Origin: Anthoceros angustus
Lineage: Eukaryota; Plantae; Anthocerotophyta
Reading direction: 5' to 3'
DNA length: 64,000 nucleotides
NCBI GenBank assembly: GCA_010909165.1
Contig: VJWM01000025.1
Span: 744,001 to 808,000 of the forward strand
Shown here: positions 50,310-62,972 of the stretch, in pieces
How positions within the stretch are numbered: the first letter of the stretch is position 1
Layout: every line of letters begins with the position of its first letter
Made by a program: the position numbers and the translations under genes
The notes under the pieces: model-generated
Told to the model about the DNA's origin: nothing
The model's input: only the letters and a program-made list of their open reading frames with translations
Database searches by the model: none

Positions 50310-52774
50310 GGTTTGTTTTCGGCTTTGAACATCATCCATTCTTATTCAAAACATCTGTGCATGATGTTGAACAGGCGTCCAAGGAAGGTGAAGAAAAGGC
50401 GCCACGGCCTGAACTCCCCGGGCTCCGAAGAACGGTATGGGAACAGCAAGAAAGGCAAGTTGAGTATCCCAAGTTGACCAAGGATGTGAGCGCAGACGTG
50501 GTGGTAGTCGGAGCTGGCATTGCCGGCTTGAGCACTGCCTATCATCTCGCTAAAGCTGGCAAGTGTGTGATAGTTCTGGAGGCTCATGCTCGAGGTAAAA
50601 TCCATGGATTACCTTCTTTCTTACTGCCGAGATTCCGCCAGCAGCATGCTTCAAAGCCTGTCATGTTTCAGCTCTAACCAACATGGGTGTGTAGGTGCTG
50701 GTATGACTGGCAGGACCACAGCACACATTATGCCCTGGTATGACGATTATTATCAGAACGTGGAGAAGGATTTCGGACTAGCCAAGGCGAAGATCGTCGG
50801 AGAAAGCTATCGTTCAGCCATAGACTGGGTTGAGCGCATAGTGACCGAAGAACACATCGATTGCGAGTTCACTCGGCTTAACGGGTACCTTTTCCCTCAC
50901 GAAGACACAAAACAGGCGCACGATCTCCTGCAACAGGTGAGAAGTTGTTTGCTTCATTGCAGATTTGTAGTTTGTGATCCTCCCCTTCCTTCTTTGCACT
51001 TTTTATGAAGACATGAACTACCAAACGTTCAGGAGTATGAAGCTTCTCGACGGGTTGGGTTTGATGTGCGGATGGTGGACCTTGGGAAAGATCCAGCTTC
51101 TGGACAGATTGGAACTGCAATTGAGTTTCCTGGGGCTGCCGATTTTCATCCTCTCAAGTGAGCTCTTGTTCTGGTCAAAAGATCGGTTGCTGGATATTTG
51201 TGCACGTCCATCTGATTCTTATGGGATTGGCTTTGTCTTGTCCCTAGATACTTGGACGGGCTAGCAAGAGCCCTGACGAGGAGAGGAGGAAAGCTGTATG
51301 AGATGACAAGGGTTGTCAAAAATGAAGGCAATCAAGTGACCACGGAAGATGATGTCACAGTAACTGCAGGAGCTGTTGTCCTGGCTACCTGTTCTCCAAT
51401 CAATCACAATTTAGCTATCCATGCGCGCCAAGTTCCCACTCGCACCTATGTTGTGGGCCTGCGAATTCCCAGGGGCTCTGTGAAGTAAGCTCCCTCTTTT
51501 CCCGATCTTGAGGTTACAGGCATCCATGAAGTTGAGTCTTTTCCGTGTACGAAGAAGGAAACGAGACTGGCACCTATATGTCGTAGCTTCCTAGCATAGC
51601 TCCTGACACGGTTCACATTTGAGGAGGAAGATTGATATCTTTGAAACTTACTTCAATGCAGGAGGGCGCAGTATTGGGACACCGCAGAACCTTACCACTA
51701 TGTGAGATTGGAGCCTAAGGGCGATCATGACATTTTGGTGGTTGGAGGAGAGGATACCAGCATAGGAATGAAGCCCACTGATTACCATGATCCATATAAG
51801 AACCTCGAGCTTTGGGCTAAGAAACGCTGGACCTTAGCAGAGGATGTTGAGTACTCCTGGACAGGGGAGGTAAGCTGAGTGGAGGAAGCTACTGCTTCTG
51901 CTTCCAAGGTGCTCGTGTTTCTTTGATAAGCTAACACTCTGTGCTTTGGTGTGATGTGTTGTTCAAAGTGGTTTGATCCCGCAGACTACCTCCACCTGAT
52001 TGGGCCAGATCCTCTGGAATTTGGAAAGCATGATCAGTACATTGCGACAGGTGTTTTGTGTGTTTTTGGCGTGTGTTGTAAATCGATTCTCTGATCCGTA
52101 AATGATGCTTGAAACAAGTCTTGCCGTAACTTGTAAGCAGGTGACAGTGGTCAAGGAATGACAGGCGGTACTATCGCTGGTGTCCTGCTCTCGGATCTTA
52201 TACTTGGGAGGGAAAACCCATGGGCTGAAGTTTACAGCCCGCGAAGAGCCCTCCCGCTATCGAAGGATACAGTGAAGAGCGTTGGAGAGGAAGTGATGCA
52301 CACCATCCAGGTAGGTCACCCAACACAGCCCCCACCATCTGCGGCTTCAACTTCTTGTCTCTGCCGTGAGCAAGGGTGCCTCTTATGTCTGCAGGGTTAC
52401 AAGGACAGGGTGCTACCAATAACGGGCGCCGACTCTGTCGACATTGAAGACCTTATGCCTAATAGTGGAGCCGTCATACAGAAAGGCTTACACAAGATTG
52501 CTGTCTACAAGGATGAGAATGGACTAGTCCATAAGTACTCCGGTAAAGAATCTAGATTGACTGCCATGCTTATGACTCTTTTCTCTGGACGCCTTCCACA
52601 ATTCACCACCTTTTCCCCTCCTTTGCAGCGGTGTGCCCTCACATGAAGTGCAGTATCAAGTGGAATCCCGTGGATGGAACTTTTGATTGTCCCTGCCACG
52701 GTTCGGTGTTCGACTGCTATGGACGAGTTGTGTGCGCACCTGCCAAGCAAGACCTAAGCCCTATTATGTCCTGA
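50310..52774 (+). CDS. FAD-dependent oxidoreductase (DAO family) fused to a C-terminal Rieske [2Fe-2S] domain, YhfW-like; 5' exons probably upstream (possible ATG 49396)
   Basis: ADVVVVGAGIAGLSTAYHLAKAG..VLE, GAGMTGRTTAH, YWDTAEPYHYVR, LVVGGED, ATGDSGQGMTGGTIAG and Rieske motifs CPHMKC..WNP..TFDCPCHGSVFD; stop at 52772-52774. Confidence 0.88.
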
Positions 52775-53458
52775 AGGCGCTTTATGACGCGGTGGCTCAT
52801 GTAAATAGTCTGAAGATGGATAACGCAGAGGCTGAGAGACGACACCAGCGCTGTGACGAAAAAATTAGGGCTTTGCAGAATTGCCATCGCAAGCATCGAA
52901 GCGAGATGGAGCGCGAGTTATTGTGTAAACATTTGAACTACGGGGCTGCTTTGTGCCTGGTCTGGACCATATGCCCTGGGCAGGTGGAGGCAGTGGAGAG
53001 TTTGTGCGAGAGCGCCGGTACTGCGTCCAAACGTCGGCAGTGTGAAAATGCCAAGGCAGGACTAGAGTCTTGTCTTTCTACTCAAGTGGGACAATAGATT
53101 TATTGTTTACATCTTTGCGCACAAGTTCCTAGTACATATTTGTTCTTGTTGTTTTCTCTTCTGTCCCAAGCAAAATGAGGATAGGAAATTTTTGATCGAC
53201 TTTTTGGAATAAACCTTTTGACATGCATCTTTTTGTAGCAATTGCTAGCGAGGTTGTTAAGTGCAAGGCAGTACTCTATGTGACCCTGTTCTACAGTTCC
53301 GTTTCATGCAAGAACCCCAAACCACTACTAGTGTACATCACTATCTTTTGCCGATGAGAAGATGACACCTTTCTCTCCGATATGGTCAACCAGCAGCCTA
53401 TGAATGTGACACCCTTCTCACTCCCCACACTGCCCTCCAAAAATTAAGATGCTAACAA

Positions 53459-55034
53459 CTATGACCCAGCTCGTCCGTATGTGCCTCCTGGTTGGAGCTC
53501 CTCCAGAATGTGGATGTCCCTTACGCCACCGACTTCACGCAGCCCACACCATCCTTTCCGTGTCAAAAACTCGCGAAAATCATCCTCGGTGTAGAGAATC
53601 TGTGGCTCCGCGTTACCAGTCGGATGACCTGCTTCGTTGTAGGTACACACCTTTACAGTAACACCTGCAAGGCACATCCACTACAACGATCAGCAAGAGA
53701 AGCGCACGAGAATCGGCTCCCCATCTTCCCACAAAGTCTTGCCTACGAAAAAGGCCTATCATACATGTGGCCCAAAATCATAGGATACCTTGGTCAAGAT
53801 TTAGGTAGTAGGTTGATAATGGCATATCGCGACTCAAAGTTTGCACAATGCCATCTTCATCCTCAAGCCAGAACAGTCGCTTTGTGCGTAGTCCGAACGC
53901 AGATTTGATGGAATCTTTGATGAATTCAGAGGGCCCATCGATCCTTATTCTCCTTGTCATGTCACCACATTTCACGACAATGATTTTGCCTTCTAAGGAC
54001 ATGCGTTGATCCCTGCCTGCACAGCCATCAATGTGCATTGTTGAATCTGTTAGAAGCAGAACCACGATTGTAAGCTGACTCGGACCCGTCACAGAATGAA
54101 AAGGATGGATGCGTGCGGAACCGAAACCACCAAAAGGAAAGGGATGGAGTGTGACTACTTACCATCACCGTTGGCACCTGTATCCCTCCAGTTCCAACCT
54201 GAATTGATCCCATTGGGCACCACCATGAGATGCGAAGGCAGCTCTGCTGAGGGGAGAGCACTGGGGTGCCCTTCATGATCTAGTCTGCGTTCAAAACTCA
54301 GAGCACCTCTAATTGGTCCTGCTGACAACAGAAAGTACATCTTCAATGAGCCAGAGAAGACCATAAAGCACCATAACACCACTCAGTAACGACGTTTATC
54401 ACCTGAGTTTCCAAAATGATTGAGCCCTGTGGGTTCAGTGTTTTCCCATCGTGGTTGACCTGCAACCACTTGGGGGTTGCAGACCACATAAGCACGAAAT
54501 CAGGACCAGTGAAAGTAACCACACCTCGGGTCCAGACAAAGCGAAGCTCTCCTGTCTTGCAAGATACACAGGGCGTGAAATACCTTTGGGAGACAAGAGA
54601 GGACTAGCTTCAAGCTTGGCAGGACTCCTGTATGGCGTCGTTTTGATAGACCTCTCTCCAAGGATTTCTTCCAGATCCTTATAGCACGCAAATTTAGCAG
54701 AGCCACCCCTCTCGTGCTGCTGCCTGGCCTTCTTATACTCCTTGAGCAGATTCCTCCACTTATCCGTGCACATAGTACCCGACCTCTCATAACCACGGTC
54801 TTTCATCTTCATGGCAATCTGCTCCCAAAGATGCTTGTTTGATTTGGAGGTATTGAAGACATTGTCCATCTCCTTCCTGAAGGCAATCAGCGCCTTCATC
54901 TCTTCCTGTGCCCATGTCTCTGCCCTTTTCTTTGGAGTTTTGATCTCAGGATCATCTGTATCTGTGAGCATCAATTGCTGGGCAGAACCTAGCTGATCAG
55001 CTGATAAAGTGCTCGAAGGAACACCAACCTCCAT
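53459..55034 (-). CDS. GT-1: Trihelix transcription factor GT-1/GT-4 type
   Basis: [83 protein letters not shown] and [10 protein letters not shown]. Confidence 0.94.
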
Positions 55035-56429
55035 GGTCCGAGGTAATTCACCCCACTCCTCCTCAATCTCCTCCCACTACTGACCTACTCATGCAAGCTC
55101 CCCAAAAGACGACTTTCATAAAGCTCGCATGGGAGGTCTAAACCCAAAGAAACCCAGTAAGACAAGAATTCGGGGGAGCGAGCCACAAAAGACGGCCACA
55201 CGCACCACACAGCGCGCCTACTCCCTGGAGTTGGATGGGAATGCGCCAACCCCTGCCCTAATTGCCAAGAAAACCTAAGCGATGCTCCTCCTTCAAATTC
55301 CCCCTCTCCTGTCCAGCCCCCGGGCCAGCATCTTGCACATCCAGATGCTGCCCTGCCCTGCCCTGCCCTCGCTTCGGCTCAGGAAAAACACGAGCAGGCG
55401 CGTCGGATTGGAGCGGGACACATGGGCGGACCCGGGCCGGGCCTGGCCTGGCAGCAAAGAAGGCCAGGCCGCGCAACAGCGGCTCCCTCTGCTCCTGAAT
55501 ACCGCAAGATGCAGGCAGGGGCAGCGGGAAGGACCGGCCCGCGTGGGGCTCGCAGCCGGACCTGCATACAAGCCCCCAAGAACCCAGGGCCCGACCTGCC
55601 AGCAAGAACGCACGCCGGCGATGGCCGAAACGCGACTCAGAGCCAGGCCACGACTGGCCTCGACTCGCCACGACTCACCGGCGTCGCACCTCGCCGCCTG
55701 CCCCTGCTCCTGCAGCCGCAATGCCCGACATTGCGCAGCGCAGCCTCCACCTGCTCCTGCTCAGCCTTCCGGGCTCCGTTCCCCTGCCCCTGTTGTGCTC
55801 TTGCCGCCACGCTCCACTTCGCCTTTGCCTTTTCCTTCGCTTCGTGCTTTGCTTTGCTTTGCTTCGCTTTGCTCTCCTGTGTTTTGTGCTTTGCGCTTGA
55901 GCCTTCCTCCCTGGCCCAACTCCTTCCTTCTTCCCTTAGAACTTGCTGCTGGCTGGCTGGCTTTCTCGCTCACGCTTGCCCGCGCTCCAACAAACCGCAC
56001 CGAGGGTAATGCTGGCTCTGCCACCGACCTCGAGTCGAGTTAACAAAGAACGGCCGTTCCCCATCCCTAGGCTCTCTTTTACCATAATAGAAAACCCCAC
56101 CACTTGCATTATTCTATTTCGCGTCATTAATCAACATGACGGCCTTTGTGATCGAGGTCTCGGAGACTTTAAGGACGAATTGGTCCAATCAGCGACATTT
56201 ATGGTACACTACTCGTGTGTCTGCTGGATATTTGCATGTGTATGGATTGAAGGCAAAAACAAAAAACAGAAATGGAGACTTTGTAAAAAACAAGCGATGG
56301 GAAAACCATCTTTTCCGAATCCAAGGGAGGAAACCCACTAAAGGACCAAGAACCAAAAGGGCTAGCCCCCATGAATGCCAACCCCGAAGCTACCTACCAC
56401 CCCGATTATGTCGTGGTCTGAGATGAGAA

Positions 56430-57575
56430 AAGGCCTACCTACAATTGGTGCTGATGACGCTACATCTCCTACAATCATTGTCGTCCTGTAAATAGCGTCG
56501 GCCAGCACCCTCTACGGGGCAATAGATACCGCTGTCGAAAGAAAGCCACCACCGAGGAAAGAGGGAGACCCACCCCATTCCGACGACTGTGGTAGGCTTT
56601 AGCACAATCCTTAATGAGCTAGGAAAAATCCTTGCCCATAGCTCTGTGAGTCTCAATGGCAAGGGGGATGAAGGCGTAAGCGTCCTACAAAGGTGTGTAC
56701 TTGTGTACCTTGGCAATCGCGCATCCCTTCGTCACCCAGCCCGAAGGGTTGATAATGACATGCTCTCAAATGGAGTTTCGAGTAGGGTCTGTTACGACGA
56801 CATCCACAACAGAGATTTGGTCCTCCCGAAACAAAAATAGATCCGCCTTGAGCGACACCCCATTGCGCGGTGTATATGGACACTCCTTGTATGGAAGATA
56901 ACCGCTCTCCTTGGCCATTGAGTGTAGCGATATGTTGTCCTCCAATTGGACAACAAGCTAGGTGGGACCCTGAGTCATCGAGGGGGGCCCCACAGCTGCA
57001 GGCTGAGAGAGAACGGGCCCAAGGTTGGACCAAACCCAAGAGGAAACTCATCGCAGTAGAAAAAGAAGCTGGTGCGATTCGAAATGCATGGATGCAAGGC
57101 CGAGCCATAAGCTAGGAGCCTGTTCCCTTTCCCAAGCGAGAACGGATGCGGGCACGAATAGGCCGGGGAATAGTAGAGTCCAGAAGGATTGCCCTTTACG
57201 CCTACTTGTACTGCTTCTCCTAGAGAGAGGCCTGCAGGCCATGTAGCCCTTCCACAGAAAACGAGGAAAAGGGAGGCATGGCCACCCCAGCCTTGGAAGA
57301 AAGGGAGTCCTTAGTCAATCTAAGGGAAGGCCCCCTCCTCAATGCCTGAGACGAAGGCCTCCAAGATGGGAAATTCCCGGATTAAGAAAGGAGCGGTGAA
57401 GACGGGGGTAGAAAGGGGCCAGCTCCTAAGGAAGGCCCCCAGCACCGAAGCCCCCGTGGCCAGCAAACCTGTGCCACCAAAAGCATTTGGAAGGGACGTC
57501 TGCGCAAGGCCCCCTGCGGCACACTCGAAGGTCCCCTGCCCAATAATGTCTCCAAGTGCCTGCATAGAACTATGA
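56430..57575 (-). mobile_element. Degenerate non-LTR retrotransposon remnant (REL/CRE-like), related to 17170-17800
   Basis: SLPNAFGGTGL (LPxxxGGLG-like) and CSCGAPLDDSGSHLACCPIGGQHIATLN (zinc knuckle) in disrupted frames. Confidence 0.68.
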
Positions 57576-58508
57576 ATCTTTATTTTAGTCTTTTATTTTA
57601 TTTATTATTTGGATGCATATACGGATGAGTTTATTTTTCAAAAAATATTTATTATTATTTGGGTTTGTATTTATGCTCCCTCAAGGCTATGAACATGTGA
57701 TAGACCATACAGGCACTACCATTAGGTTGCTTTGAGTTTTAAATACTTCAAGTTTGATCCGTCGCATCACAAGTGCATATACTTCCTTGAGGAGGTTTTG
57801 CTATGCACTTCCTTGAGGAGGTTTTGCATTTAGTCCGGAAGGATGCGGGCTGCCTAAATTTGATAGATTTTGTATTAAAAGATGAGGAGCAGCAGAGATT
57901 GGATGTCAACAGCAACTTCTATGGTGGTTTGGGAAGTTCGAAGCTCGATTGATACAAATATGATTATAGAGCCACTCAACGGATGTGTTTCCATCTTGTT
58001 CAAGGTCTTGAACTGAGCATATGGATGCTGATGATGTTCATATTGTCATTCCTAGTAATGCATTAGGGTTAGATTTTTAGCTTTAGTTTAGAACCATAAT
58101 CAAATCTTTATTATCTCTTGTTTATTTATTCATAAGTTTTTCTCTAATACTAAAAAAGAGACAAGTGCGTATACGATTTCGCACAACAACACCAGGCATA
58201 GTGAAAGCTCCACAACCAAACTGAGCTACAAATGGCGCAGCCTCGCAAGGGGCCACGGGAAGCTACGTCAATTGGAGTAAGGATGCCAAGACTATCTAGA
58301 AAGGGTGCTTCAAGAAGCATTGAGCTTTAAAAGATGAATTACCATAAAGTGCCTTGACCTCCAACATATAAAGAGATCGATGTTCAACGTTGTTAGGAGA
58401 GCTATACATACGGTTTGGGATAAAATATGTGATAGTGATTAGTGAAATCGTAGTATGTATGCACATATCCTCGGGGGAGTACGTGGAATATATCCACAAG
58501 GATGATGT

Positions 58509-58825
58509 AAGAGGGTCATAAAGCTCAAACACTAACATTATCGAAGAGGGTCATAAAGCTCAAACACTAACATTATCGAAGAGGGTCATAAAGCTCAAAC
58601 ACTAACATTATCGAAGAGGGTCATAAAGCTCAAACACTAACATTATCAAGAGGGTCATAAAGCTCAAACACTAACATTATCGAAGAGGGTCATAAAGCTC
58701 AAACACTAACATTATCGAAGAGGGTCATAAAGCTCAAACACTAACATTATCGAAGAGGGTCATAAAGCTCAAGTACTAACATTATCTAAGAGGGTCATAA
58801 AGCTCAAACACTAACATTATCGAAG
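58509..58825. repeat. 35-bp minisatellite, 9 near-identical copies
   Basis: AAGAGGGTCATAAAGCTCAAACACTAACATTATCG repeated head-to-tail with no spacers. Confidence 0.97.
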
Positions 58826-59393
58826 CCCTTCGTTGATAATTGTGAAAACTTGCCAGCTAGAACATGTGGAACGTATTATCCATAGGAAAGAGGTAGTCCT
58901 ATAATGTATTGACGTTGTTGGATGAAACCTTTCGATACACATGCCACGTCAAAAGATGCTCCACCTAACTTTGTTTATTCCTGGATATTAAGAAATTGGG
59001 TGAATGAGAGTTTAGGTTACACATGTAGTCTAACAGTTGATTTGAACATTTTTTACTATTTTATGCTATATAAAATAGTAAAAATTAATGGATGTTTATT
59101 TTTCATTTAATAGGGAGAATAATTCTCAGTCAAATGCATTTTTCTTAGTTTATGATATATAAGACTTAAATCAATGGATAATTTTTGTTCACTTAATAGC
59201 GAGAATTACTTCCAATCAACTATTATTTCTTTTCATCTAGCGAGAAAAATAACTCACTGTGGACTATATATGTGATGCATAGGGCTTGTACTTGATGTAT
59301 TATACTTGCTTATTTCATTGATGAGTCTTCAGGGTGAAACTAATATTCTTCTTCTTTTATTTTTCTCCTCACTTATCTCTTTTTCTATCGATA

Positions 59394-61996
59394 ATGTATT
59401 ATGTGAATCCAAAAATTTGGTTAGCATTATTGTTTTTGGTGGATCTTTCGTATATTTGTTATGGACATTCTTCACCAGTCTTGCCTTCTACTAGAGGATT
59501 GGATTTGCACCATGGACCACCTGTTCAATCGCATCTGGTATTTGTTTTTACATTGCATGCAAGCAAAATGACTTCCATATTTGTAGTCATAGCAATGAGT
59601 TAATTGTGTCAGACTTGACAATATTTTTATCTATACATATTTTCAGCTCACGGATGGCACAACGATAGATTGTATTAAGGTGGAGGATCAACTCACTTTG
59701 CAACATCCAGCTTTCAAAAATCATGTAATACAAGTAAGTACTTTTTCAATTTTGTGAAAAACAAGTGATTACTTTGATTCTTACATTTATGTAAGTATTA
59801 ACACATAAATGCATATGTATTTATTTCATTACTTTATTTGTATATCCTTGCATGCACCATCCAGAAACCTCCATCAAGAAGACAATTCGAAGCAAAAGAT
59901 AATCGAATCAATTACAAGCCTCCTCTACAACGTTACCATCAGGAAATAGGTGCATGTCCAGAAGGCACTATTCCTGTTCAACACCCAAGGAAGGGTGTTT
60001 CTTATGAACAAACGCTTGAAGTGCCTCGAAGGACTAAAAGGCATGGCATAGTGGACTCATCCTCAAATATTCAAGAGGATTTGCGGAGTGAATATGTAAA
60101 TTACAACACCTTGTCCTTGTTTCATAAAGATTGCTTTTTTTTTTTATCATGATTATTGTAAGTGCTGATTAATAGTAAATTGTAGTATGTAACTGGTAGT
60201 TATGATACTAGCGGGGAATCTATCATTGGAGCAACGAGCTCGATGGCGATCTGGAATCCTGGACTTGGAATCTCGGAATTAGATGAAACAACCTCACAAC
60301 TCTGGGTTACTCATCAAAGTGCAGAAAACCTCGATGCAATTGAAGTTGGATGGCATGTGAGTTCATATCTCTAAATTATTGCTATGCATTGATCATGTTC
60401 TTGTAAAAATTCCTAGACTAAAAACTAACTTTGTCAATAGACTTCATCTAACCGAATTTGCATAATCCTTCATAAAATAGGTATATCCATCATTGTACTC
60501 AAATGATGTGGCACCACGATTATTCATCCAACGGATGAAGTTATGTATTTTATGTTGACATTCATGTTTTAGTATATTGGTAATAAACATGGTGATTTTG
60601 CGGTGGACAATTATGAAAGTACAGTTGCTATAATTTGATATGTGCTGGTTTCATCCAAACCAATCCACGATGTACTTGGTGGTGCCGATACCCCCATATG
60701 AAGGAACGCACTGATTGAGATTAACCAAGTAAGTTAGATAAATAATCATATTTATTTCATAAATTGAGTTTGGTATCCTCAATTTTACCTAATTTTACGC
60801 ATGCAATGTTGTTGACTCTACTTCATATTTCAATCATTATTGTAATGTCTGATTGTATATTGTAAGAGATTGGTGGCTATATATATCGGTAGTTATGATA
60901 CTAGCGGGGAATCTATCATTGGAGCAACGAGCTCGATGGCGATCTGGAATCCTGGACTTGGAATCTCGGAATTAGATGAAACAACCTCACAACTCTGGGT
61001 TACTCATCAAAGTGCAGAAAACCTCGATGCAATTGAAGTTGGATGGCATGTGAGTTCATATCTCTAAATTATTGCTATGCATTGATCATGTTCTTGTAAA
61101 AATTCCTAGACTAAAAACTAACTTTGTCAATAGACTTCATCTAACCGAATTTGCATAATCCTTCATAAAATAGGTATATCCATCATTGTACTCAAATGAT
61201 GTGGCACCACGATTATTCATCCACTGGACAGTAAGTTATGTATTTTATGTTGACATTCATGTTTTAGTATATTGGTAATAAACATGGTGATTTTGCAGGC
61301 GGACAATTATGAAAGTACAGGTTGCTATAATTTGATATGTGCTGGTTTCATCCAAACCAATCCACAGTACGTACTTGGTGGTGCACTGATACCCCCATAT
61401 GAAGGAACGCACCTACAGATTGAGATTAACCAAGTAAGTTAGATAAATAATCATATTTATTTCATAAATTGAGTTTGGTATCCTCAATTTTACCTAATTT
61501 TACGCATGCAATGTTGTTGACTCTACTTCATATTTCAATCATTATTGTAATACAGTTGTATATTGTAAGAGATTGGTGGCTATATATCGGCGGGGTAGCA
61601 ATTGGTTATTTCCCCAGGATCTTATTTACTCCAGGACTTCTCCGAGATGGACTTGCAAACCACTTGGAATGGGGAGGAGTAGTAAGGCGAGCAAGCATGG
61701 ACTCCATAGTTCAAATGGGAAATGGGAAATATGGATCTGAAGGAGATGTCAGAGCCGAAGTCATTGATTTTCCAGCCTATCATACTTATATCAATTATCT
61801 CACCTTAGTTACAAATAACTCAAATGGAAATACTGATTACGTTCTAGGCCATGATGTTGGATTATTTCCGGATCTACTTCAAACATCACTCATACTTTAT
61901 AATGGCAAGAGCGTCGGAGATTGCTGGGTCGATCCTTGTCATAATTACTTATTTTTTGGTGGACCTGGATATGTACCTGGAAACAATGAGTTGTAA
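59394..61996 (+). CDS. Neprosin (DUF239) prolyl/glutamic peptidase with signal and activation peptide; contains an internal 693-bp duplication
   Basis: Signal peptide, DGTTIDCIKVEDQ..QHPAFKNHVIQ, CPEGTIPV, SQLWV..IEVGWH/VYPSLY..PRLFIHWT/ADNYESTGCYNLICAGFIQTN, WWLYIGGVAIGYFP, EWGG, QMGNG and FGGPG. Confidence 0.88.
60195..61590. repeat. 693-bp tandem duplication of three neprosin exons
   Basis: GGTAGTTATGATACTAGCGGGGAATC occurs at 60195 and 60888; copy 1 is damaged in its distal half. Confidence 0.93.
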
Positions 61997-62589
61997 AGAC
62001 ATTTGTTTAAGGTTTTTCCAATAATATAAAATCATATATGGATCTATGTACCCGAATATATCTTTGAAAGTTTAGGTCGCTCCAAAATCATTTCGTTTTT
62101 AAACCTCACAAGTTTTATGGAAATATCTTAGGAGTTTCTCAAAGCTTCATATATGCATTCCGTGGCTACAAGAGCCCGCGCCGCTCATGCTTTAGAAAAG
62201 ACACTCTGTTCAAGTTTTCGAATTGATCTTGCATCCAGTCGTTCTACATCATACGAACAACCTTTGCAATTGCCATGTATTTCTTTCTAGGTTGGGTTTA
62301 ACCAATAGCCTCCTTGTCTTATATGTGGATTAATTCAAGATTTTATGCAGTTATGTGGAACGTAAAAGTTTGGTCACTTAGGATCTAGCGGGGAAGTGAT
62401 AGGACGTAGGAATAGCTATGTTGATAAGGGTATTCTACAGGTAAGAAGCAGTGGTCACCAGTCGTCCAACCTAGCAGAATCACGATTCGAGTCGTCGTAG
62501 GAAGTCGGTAGAAAGTTCTATAGGAAGTCGGCATGAGGACTCAGACTTAGAAACAAGAGAACCCAGTAGGATGTTTGACACTTAGTTTA

Positions 62590-62962
62590 GGAGAAGAAGG
62601 GAGAAGGAGAGGGGGATGCGGAGGGGGGGGTGATGTTAGACTGATCAACGTACCAAGTCATGGTATGAATCGTTTATATAGGTAGGAAGTCCTTGGTCTT
62701 TGGTAGGGAGTCATAATTAGGTAGGCTAGAAATTCTTGAACTTCGGGGGTCTAGTTAGATGCTCCTTGGTCCTTGGTCAAGAGAAAATATTGCTGTAAAA
62801 AAGGGGAAAAGCATTTCGCTTGGCGCTGTCGCTTCACTTGAGACTTCTCTTCCCGACCTGATTCTGAATCCTCTAACTCAACTCGTGGCATCCATCTACC
62901 AGACTAGATACACTCTAAACTAGATACCTAAGCTATGGTTAATCTTTCCTATAATCCTGACA
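62590..62962 (+). mobile_element. Probable polypurine tract plus 3' LTR (~330 bp) of an LTR retrotransposon
   Basis: A long purine run ending GAGGGGGGGG is immediately followed by TGATGTTAG (62631); the segment ends CCTGACA (62962), giving TG..CA termini. No partner LTR is in the window. Confidence 0.5.
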
Positions 62963-62972
62963 GCAGTTTCAT

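Noticed and set aside
55258-56043. GC-rich overlapping ORFs upstream of GT-1
   Set aside because: Low-complexity 5' UTR/promoter sequence with no domain.
58509-58825. CRISPR-sized 35-bp repeat
   Set aside because: Units are head-to-tail with no spacers; it is an ordinary minisatellite.
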